Positions 50,562-64,000 of a stretch of DNA of 64,000 nucleotides are shown one piece after another (within the stretch, counting starts at the first letter, position 1; the number at the start of each line of letters is the position of its first letter). Under the pieces are notes generated by a model. That model did not search any database. It was not told where the DNA came from and was given only the letters and a program-made list of their open reading frames with translations. The DNA is from the human T2T-CHM13v2.0 reference genome, Homo sapiens: the NCBI RefSeq assembly GCF_009914755.1, contig NC_060930.1, one strand, 5' to 3'. The position numbers and the translations under genes were made by a program.

Positions 50562-50880
50562 CTGTTTTAAATTTAAAAGAAACAAATGTCTTAGAATGGT
50601 GAGAAAATATAATTCCACATTCCCTTCTATGGGTCTTTGCTTCATAGCAAACCTGAAACATTTCAGTTCTACATCTAGCATTGGCAGCTTATATCTACAG
50701 AAAAGGAAACCTAGGTGGTCATTTGGGGAGAAGTTGGTGAAAATCAAGATGCTTATAAGTAAAAATGAGATCTTTCAGCAGTGAGTTCCTTGTGGGTAGG
50801 GGTGTGTCTTGTCCCTTTTATCAATACCATTATGCCTAGCACTGAATGGGGATTGTAATAAGGATAGAATGAATGAAGAA

Positions 50881-50990
50881 TAGCATAGCATAGCATAGCA
50901 TAGCATAGCATGGCATGGCATGGCATGGCATGGCATGGCACGGCACTGCATAGAATAACATGGCATAGCATAGCATAGCATAGCATAGAA
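50881..50990. repeat. Compound pentanucleotide microsatellite (TAGCA)6(TGGCA)6...(TAGCA)4
   Basis: 22 in-phase 5-mers read directly. Confidence 0.95.
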
Positions 50991-51149
50991 TAATGGGTAG
51001 ATGAATGAAGAGCAAAAGAATGAGTGACAGAAGAGCAAATGATTGAATGAATGAGTGAGTGAGTGAAAAGACTAACACATACATGCATGCATAGGTGAAA
51101 TGACCCTTCATAGCACCTCCTCTCCTCTGGAATCTGAATTTCAAGCCCC

Positions 51150-52170
51150 ATTCTCTTTCTCTGGCATCACTTTAAAATTAACACTAAAACTAAGTTCATC
51201 CATTTCTCATCACCCAATCCACCTCCCTGCCCCACACAATGCGATTATTTTCTGTTGAAGTCACCACCTTTTTAGATAATTACACAGGGGGAAATCTTAG
51301 CACTTTTTTTCCCTGCTCCCTCCCCTGAACCACCACATCTGGTAAGACATCCAGCTCTCTTGATTATTCTTTCCAGTGTCTCCTGTTTCTGTCTCTTCCT
51401 TCTGTCCCATCCATCGATGGACGCTAGCACCCCACACGGGTGTCATTGCTCTGCACAGAGCTGGGTAACTGGGATTCCTCCTTGCAGTCTCTCCCACTCC
51501 TGCTCTTTACCCATGGAATAAAACCAAACCCCTTAGACAGATATTCAATGTCCTTCTAAGTCCTGTGCCCACTTACCTTTCTGATCAACCTACCTGTCCT
51601 TATTCTATTCTTGCAACTTGCCCATTCCAACTATCTCACCTATAAAAGGCATAATTTCCCTTTCTGGTCTCTTGAAGCAAAATCCACACTTGAAATTTCT
51701 GCTCAATCTCTGCCTCCCTTATGGAAATTTTCAGGATGACTACACTGGAAGAGTTCACTTTTATAAAACACCAACCCCAAAATATTCTCTCCTCCAGGAT
51801 GGCCCTGGTGCTCTCACTTGGCGGTCTTACACTGCTTCGTCTTTGAGCCCTTGGTCCTTTGGGTTTTCTGTGATGTACTGGCTGGTCCATCTTAGCTTAG
51901 GTCTTATCTCTGCTCGGATACTGGCACCAGCCACAGTCAATGGCATCTTGTCTTTGATAATTATCTTATGAAATGCCCCAGTTCTGCCATTCCTCTGAGA
52001 TGTCCTTTATTATATCACTGACCACACTGCACAATCTATTTGTCTTCTCCAATGGATTAGAAGCTTCTAGAGTACAATGATTCTATCTTCTTCATCTCTT
52101 ATTGCCAGTAACTCTCACCGTACCTACTTCATTGCAGATGCTCAATAAATGTCTGCTGGACTGAGCAAAT
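51150..52170 (+). mobile_element. L2 LINE 3' region (degraded)
   Basis: Pyrimidine-rich L2-like body ending ATTAGAAGCTTCTAGAG...GCAGATGCTCAATAAATGTCTGCTGGACTGA. Confidence 0.6.
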
Positions 52171-52549
52171 CATATTCTTGAAATAACCATAATGATAATT
52201 ACAGTGATTATTTATTGTGTCTCTATTAGGTACAACGCTCTATAAACAGTATACCCACTAACCCTCACAGTAGTTATGCGTTATCATCTACATTCTACAG
52301 ATGTGGAACTCGAGAATCTGATATTTAAAACCCTGCCTAGTGTGGAGATGGAATTCAAATCTAGACTGTTTAAGTTTACAGTCCATGCTGGCTCCTCTGC
52401 ACACGCTTGTTTTTCTCATGCACAAAGAATTCCAACATTATTACACTTAAGCTTAGGTGTAGACATTTGTATGTGCAGATAGCAGAGGCACCTGTCAAGG
52501 TGATGAGATTTGAAGGAGACGCAAAGAAAAAAGAAAAAAAAAACACTAG

Positions 52550-52859
<310 letters not shown>

Positions 52860-55119
52860 AGACTTGTGCACTTGTAGCTGACAAAAGGTGTTACTATACA
52901 GAAGGTGAAATTATTGTATTGGTTCACCAACACATTGGCAAGGATATATTTGATGTCTATTTAGCATTCACTGTCATCTGGTGATAAGAGGAGCAAAAGA
53001 TAGAAAGACAATAAGGATAAATTTCATCCCCTTTAACTTGAACCCTAGGGTTAAATTTATACCCAGACAGATATATACCAATTTATTAATCTATAGACAT
53101 TCCTATCTTCAATTATAATATTAGTTTCTTTGTTCATACATTAATCTTTGGGGAAAATGTTCAGCTGGCTTCAATTATATCTACATAACATATTTGAATT
53201 GTACAATCAATTTACATTCATATATGTAAATATATTATCAGAGACTGCATAAGAAATAGTGTGAAAGCCAGTAAATATGAAGAAAAAGTAACATAAAGTG
53301 TGAAGAAAAGCTTTAATTTTAACAGCCAGTGTGATTTACTTTTTCAAACAAATGGCTATTTAAAAATAGCTGAATGTTTCTTAACCAATAGCAAAAAAAA
53401 TGGTTAATAATTTAGTACTTGTAAACATTTTTGCTCTCTTGGTATTCTAATATATACTTTTCAAAAACGTGGTATATTTTACTGGATTGACTTAAATGAC
53501 AGATAAGTCATTTAATAATATTTATAAAACATATGCTTAAAAACCTATCTGTTTCCACCAGTTTTTTGGCATATTATATTGCTATTTCCTGGAATTTTGT
53601 AAAAGTTTCAAATTTGTTCAACCAGAGATGACAGAAACCATTACTTTATATGTATGCAAGTGGCTGACTTTAAAAGCCATTGTCTATATAGTGAATAACG
53701 AAGTAAATGTTATAAGAACTGAATGCAGAGATTGATCATGAAGAAACTTAGAATGCAAAAGTAGAAGGTAACATTGGGATACAAAATTAGAATGTAACAT
53801 TGGGATGCAAAATTTTGCATTATGTTGCAAAAATAATTTCAAAATACACAGTCCTTCTCTTTATGCTGTGATCTATACTAAATGTAGGCACTTTGTGCCC
53901 TAAACTGGCCCTTAATCTAAATCAGGATCCACTCTGTGCTCACTGTAGGCACCCTCATGTAAGCATCACTTTTCACTCCTAAAAGAGGTTCAAATCATGA
54001 AACTGTTCATGACTCGATTACTTGATTCTGTCTGATGCATGGGCAGATTTGGGCACAGGCTAGAGAACTGTAATAAGCATCCCCTAAAGCTCCTACTAAC
54101 TTGGAAGCACTATGATTTATTCACCTATAACTCCTGAGCCCGCACATGACAGCAAAATATGACTCTATGCCTTGCCATGAACTGGAGCTCTTGTTACGAG
54201 TATTGATATTAATCATACATGCTTGTCGGGAAGATTGCATGTTTTCAAAGGACTTTTGGATTTGCTATTTATAGCAATAAATTGCTAGACACTGGAACAT
54301 ATGCCTAGAGTCTTAGTGTTACCAGTGTCCATCTTGTCTGGCAACCAAAGAAAGATGCTAATAATTCAGATAAAACCCTAAAAGTGGCAAGAAGCGCTGA
54401 CAGTTTTCAGAGTTGGGAAAGAAAAGAGGCAGAAGGAAGACTTTGAAGCAGATTTAGGGAATATAGTCTAAGGGTCAGAGTAGTACACAGTGGATTTTTC
54501 TCTTGGCCCAGCAAGGAGGCAGTAACAAGCAAGGAAACTGCAGGGTAAAACCACAGGGACTTGGGACCCTTGTGCCTGAGGTCTTAGGTTGTGCCCACAG
54601 GATACTGTCCTGAAAATGCCTTTGAAACAGGAGGAGATGTTCTCTTTCCAGGACAGTCTTGCCCTGGCACAGGCTGGCCTGCCACCTCCTCAGTTTGCTC
54701 CTGGTTGAGCACTGAGTGAGTCTGTGAATTGCACATGAATGACCCCAGACAGGGGAGCATCCTGGCCACCAGTGGTGAATGTTTACACTGCTTATAAAAT
54801 CTGGACCTCTGGGCAGAATGCCTCATGTACCAATCTTTAAAATTATGTTAATTGCAGAAAAAAAGTAAACATCTTCAGCAGAGAGAAAAGTGCCTCTACC
54901 ACCCTAGGCTGTCTGCACAGAACTTGTGCCTGTGGCAACTTCTCTCAAAACTGTATATTGCAGATCTGTTTACAGCACGCTGTACATTCTGTTTAGTCAA
55001 GTCAATGGAATGCAGTGCTTGGAGGGCCTGAGTGGGATGCTGTCTCTCGCAGTACTTGGTGCTAACATGTTGATGCTGTTGTGTGATTAAGTCAATACAG
55101 ACTTCTTAGAAGGAAAAAA

Positions 55120-55291
55120 ATTCTTATTATGGAACATGTCAAACACAGACAAAAGGAGAGAAAATATGATAGTGAGCCTGTGTTTACCCATTATCCAGTT
55201 TTAACAACTATTTCAATATTTTTCTGATCTTTCTTTGTTCTCTCTCTCACATAAACAGACACACGCACACACACTCTCTCTCTCATACACA

Positions 55292-55324
<33 letters not shown>

Positions 55325-55600
55325 TTTTTTCTGGACTATTTTAAAACACATTTTAAATATCATGCCATTTTGCTGTAAATAGTTCGGAAGTCCTAATTGA
55401 TATCATTTTTTAAACATAATCACACCTAACAAAATTAACAAGGATTCCTTATCACCAGTTAATATCCACTTATATTCGCATTTCCTCAATTGTCTCAGAG
55501 CTAGGGTTTTTTTTACAGTTAGTGTGTTCGAATCAAGATTTGAATGTAGCACATGTTGCTTACAGCTGTTATGTCTAATACAGAGACTTCTTAAAGTTCT
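55120..55600 (-). mobile_element. Old L1M 3' end containing a (CT)n(CA)n compound microsatellite (about 55240-55325)
   Basis: TTATGGAACATGTCAAACACAGACAAAAGGAGAGA...ACATAATCACA...AAAATTAACAAGGATTCCTT...CATTTCCTCAATTGTCTCA. Confidence 0.7.
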
Positions 55601-55643
55601 TCTTTCCCATTGACTTCTTTAGGTTCTCATGTTAAAACCAAAG

Positions 55644-55842
<199 letters not shown>

Positions 55843-56868
55843 GCCCACAAAGGACAGAACAGCCTAGGGTTTATATTTTGTTATGGGTTGGTGATCCTTT
55901 AAACTGCTCAAAGCTGAGCTCAATCTGTGTTCCCTTCGAAATGTTTGGGAAACTAAGCACCGTTTGAATGAAATTTCAGAGCACTTTGGTCTTCTGCTCT
56001 CCCTCACCTTTTGCTCTGTTTCCATTTTTCTACCAAGTACTTCCATTTGTTCTTCTTGGCTTCCAATCTTTGACTTCTAGGGCCTCGTACATTTTTCCAT
56101 TTTCCCATCCTTCATGCAACATCTCTTCATCCTGTCAAATCTCAGTGGCTTCACACTCCAACCTCCAAAAGAGCTGGGCCCTGTCACCTAGGCCATCGCT
56201 TGGTCAGGTCAGCAGTAGTCTGTGCTGCCAGGAAACGTTACCCTCCTGTTCAGGCTTCTAGAATCTCTGTACTTTGCCAAAGAGGGCAAGAGGCAGGGAG
56301 GACATTTGTACTTAAAAATATGCTGTTTGTTGACTGGGGAGATGGGACCCAAACAGGGTTTTCTGTCTTCTCTCAACATACCAGTGGGCTCTGCCCACTG
56401 ACCCTGTCCCCTGGGGGCTGCCGGCTACAGAGTCTGCTCACACTCCACCTTCATGGGGCTCAAAGTCCAGGCGGTTCAAGACTGAAAACTTTGTGTTCAA
56501 AGGAAGCAGGGACATTCTTTGCCAAGGAGGCCTGTGAATTTATATATGAGACTCTGCGGTGGCTAACACATCTCAGTGCTAGGGAAAAGCCCTAGCAGCA
56601 CTGAATAGAAGAGAGAAGCACGCCGGACGTGGGCAGTGGAGGACATATGCTGAGTGGGGCTGCACATGAAGCAGAGTCCACTGGGATCCACTTCCCTCCT
56701 CCTTCCCCAGTGATTGGCTTCTCCTGGAAACAAAACAACAAAGCAGATCACAGAAGACGCAAAGGAGGTACCCTTGTGGCAACATAGTTCACCACCTGTC
56801 CACATGGTACAGGTGGTAAAGACAGGAGACAGGGAAATACCTGGCAGAAGAGGGCTACAAGGCTTGTG

Positions 56869-58275
<1,407 letters not shown>

Positions 58276-59067
58276 TGGTTACGATGGCAAACTTAATGTT
58301 ATGTGTTTTTTACAATATGAATAAATAAATAACTCATTTCAAGCAATCTTATTCTGATTTGGCCCTGATTCCTAAATAAATACCTACTACAGTTCTGCAG
58401 TTTTCATTTTTACACTACTCAAACTTTTTCTAAATCAAGAAACTGAAAATTCCTCATCTCTGAGCTTCTGTGTCACCAAAGTTAGTTGACATTTTTGGTA
58501 TTGTTGGGTTTTTCAAAATCTATATTTTGCTGGAGCTCAGAGAAATTATCCTTTTGAAATCTAAACTGCTTTCTTGTATACAGTTTCCCAGATATCTCCA
58601 TCTTATTAATGAAGGGAGCAGGGCATTGAATATTTAGCATTTATTAACTTCTATCTCTAAAAGAAATCCAAATTTGGAACTTTCTGGAATTTCTTAGAGA
58701 CATGTTTTCCAAAGCCGTAAATATTTTCTAAATCCTCTACTAGTTTCCTAATGCATTGAGCGGGTATCACAAAAATGCCAGATTCTACTTTAATCTGTAA
58801 ATGTTTTCCAAATGGCTGCTCATTGAGTCTATTAGGAGCTATGCCTGGGAAATGCCCACTTAGCAGTGGGGCTGGGAGAGCTGGGTCAGGACCCTCTATC
58901 TCATTCTGAGGATTCCTCTAGAACAAAGATACCTAAGGCTGAAAATAGGATCCAAGCAAGTGCATCTCCTGAGTAAAGGCAAGGGGTGCAGCGACAGCCA
59001 AGAGGCGCAGAAACCTCCCCCAACCACTGAGGCTGGACAGCCAAGGGGGCCGAGAAGGAGCCAGGGG

Positions 59068-59240
59068 AGGAGTTCTCAACTTGTCACTGGACAGCTGTGC
59101 CTCTGAATCACTTGAGAGCTTCTCAGAAAGGGACGCCTGAGCCCACTGGTCAACACCTTGTCAACTGGAGCTGAGGTGTGTCCCTGTGTATTTAGAAAGC
59201 CACATGGGGTGATTCTGATGCACAGAGTTAGCTGCACTAG
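59068..59240. mobile_element. MER5-like hAT-Charlie element (degraded)
   Basis: GTTCTCAACTT...GAATCACTTGAGAGCTT...GCCTGAGCCCAC...GGTGATTCTGATGCACAG. Confidence 0.55.
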
Positions 59241-59314
59241 GGCCTGTGGTCCTCTGTGGCACTCTTTGTAAAGGGATAAGGCAACATCCCAGCCTGCACT
59301 TCATGTCTGCCTAG

Positions 59315-60007
59315 GAAATCTACAAAAGTGTGGTTCTTCTCCAGCAGCAGCACCACCACTGCCTGGGAGCATCACCACCACCCAGGAACACCACCACCCA
59401 GGAGTACCACCACCACCCAGGAGCACCACCACTACCAGGGAGCATCACCACCTCCCCGGAGGATCACCATCACCAAAGAGCACGACCACCACCTGGGAGC
59501 ACCACCACCACCCGGGAGCACCATCACCAGGGAGTGTCACCACTGCCCAGAAGCACCACCACCACCACCACCCGGGAGCACCACCACCACCACCGCCCAG
59601 AAGCACCACCACCACCACCCGGGAGCACCACCACCACCACCGCCCAGGAGCATCACCACCACTCAGGAACACCACCACCTGGGAGCACTACCACCACCAG
59701 GGAGCGTCACCACCACCAGGGAGAGTCACCACCGCCCAGGAGCACCACCACTACCAGGGAGTGTCACCACCACCCATGAGCAGCATCACCACCACCCGGG
59801 GAGCACCATCACTACCCGGGGAGCACCACCACCCGGGGAGCACCACCACCCGGGGAGCATCACCATCACCACCTGGGAGCGTCACCACTGCCCAAGAGCA
59901 CTACCATGACCCAGGAGCTGGGTGGAAATGCAGAATCTTAGGCTCCAGCCACATCTTTTCAAGCTGCTTGGGTGATTCTTGTGAATGTTGAACCTTGAGA
60001 AGTGCTG
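59315..60007 (+). mobile_element. MER5A-like element expanded internally by a minisatellite
   Basis: Left part AAAGTGTGGTTCTTCTCCAGCAGCAGCACCACC. Right part GGAGCTGGGTGGAAATGCAGAATCTTAGGCTCC...GGTGATTCTTGTG...TTGAGAAGTGCTG. Confidence 0.7.
59345..59917. repeat. Minisatellite, about 29 units of GGAG(CAC)nCC[A/C/T]G-like 16-25-mers
   Basis: Read directly; unit length varies mainly by the number of CAC triplets. Confidence 0.95.
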
Positions 60008-60559
60008 AACTACGCCATTTTAATGTTATTTTTGTACTAGCAGTTCCTTTATTTGAAGCTTTCTAAAAATAAAGGACACTATTTGAAATATGGTTGCCTA
60101 ATTTAGCTATGTCGGTCAAGGGATGCCACTCCCAGAAAAAAAGTAGTTTCCATCCTCATTTCCTGTTGCCAAACTGATAAAATGCTGAAGTCAGGAAAAG
60201 CTGTTTTCTCTAGTTAACTTTGTCCCTTGGCCCTGATGATCCTGGAGACTTCCGAGTTATTGCTTAAAAAAAAAAAAAAAAAAAAAAAACCATAGAAACC
60301 CCACCCTAATACTGTCCCAAAAGCCAAGAAGATAGTTATTTGTACATGGGAATGTTGAAAGCATTACCCCGCCTCCTTTAAAATTTTATTTTCCCTTCAC
60401 ATCCAGATATAGCCCAGGAAATAATTCATTTTGAAGTTTTTCAAAAGTTTCCAATTAAAAAATCTTGGAAAGTAGTTGACCTATATTTACTGTAACCATA
60501 TTTTCCAAATAAAATTCCAGACACATGGTCTGATAAGTATGTGTGTACTTACCACAATG

Positions 60560-63470
<2,911 letters not shown>

Positions 63471-63529
63471 TTAGATTAGTACTGTTCCAGAAAATTTGGA
63501 AGGTTTAAAATATATATTTATAGAGTAAT

Positions 63530-63770
63530 TATTACGTACCAGCCACTGTGCTAAGTGCTTAATATGTATTGTGTCATTTACTCCTTGCAAAACTGCCATG
63601 AGTAGGGACGAGGTGCTATTATAATTCCCATTTTAAACACAAACAGTTAAGCAACAAGCCCAAGGTTGTACAGCCAATTCACTGTGAAGCTAAAAGCTGA
63701 TGGCAGAGTGAATTCAGTGTAGGTCTTGTTTTTTCTGACTCCAATAGTTATGCTCTGCTCCGTCCACTCT
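63530..63770 (-). mobile_element. MIR SINE
   Basis: CACTGTGCTAAGTGCTT...TCATTTACTCCTTGCAAAAC...TATTATAATTCCCATTTT...GCCCAAGGTTGTACAGC. Confidence 0.7.
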
Positions 63771-64000
63771 GGGTGGCTTCTGCAACAAGGATCCCAGCTC
63801 AGAGTCTGCCACAAGGGTCAGCAACCCTCATGAGAGAGCCTGTGCTGCCCGTCATGCCCTAGGACAGACAGTTGACCCTGGGGCCAAGAGCTCTGCACAA
63901 GGACCTAGAGGCACACCTGGTTAATGACATGCTCTCAGTGATGCTGGCAAGCTTTGGAAGTGGCAAAGAAAAATGATGCCCTGGGGAGCCAGCAGGATCA

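Noticed and set aside
59328-59991. His/Thr/Pro-rich ORFs (193 aa and 149 aa) resembling mucin or histidine-rich proteins
   Set aside because: They are translations of the CAC-based minisatellite, open in several frames, with GTG starts and no splice or promoter support.

Overview
Hominid (human or African great-ape-like) genomic DNA, as shown by an SVA_B-like retrotransposon, L1PA3/4/7-type LINEs and AluS/J SINEs. The window is repeat-rich and looks intergenic or deep-intronic. I find no supportable protein-coding gene, tRNA/rRNA gene or CRISPR array, and no CpG island outside the SVA. The longest ORFs are L1 ORF2 fragments, SVA VNTR or minisatellite read-throughs, or chance ORFs. The content is a layered transposon record: about a dozen solo LTRs (LTR8, MER57, LTR47, MER4, LTR33, THE1, MSTA, MLT1, MER74), old L1M, L2, L3 and MIR, and the DNA transposons Tigger2a and MER5. 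I cannot support a new multi-gene system. The most interesting signals are structural: (1) a ~570-bp minisatellite grown out of an internal motif of a MER5A element; (2) an SVA with a complete TSD whose poly(A) starts before the normal end of SINE-R; (3) a 65-bp tandem array, each unit carrying AGGTCA, split by a THE1 LTR; (4) a 48-bp piece of a MIR copied 2.64 kb away; (5) candidate minus-strand non-coding exons near 49.8-50.6 kb; (6) convergent L1s flanking the minisatellite. Subfamily names come from my recollection of consensus sequences, not from a RepeatMasker run, and boundaries of the old elements are approximate.
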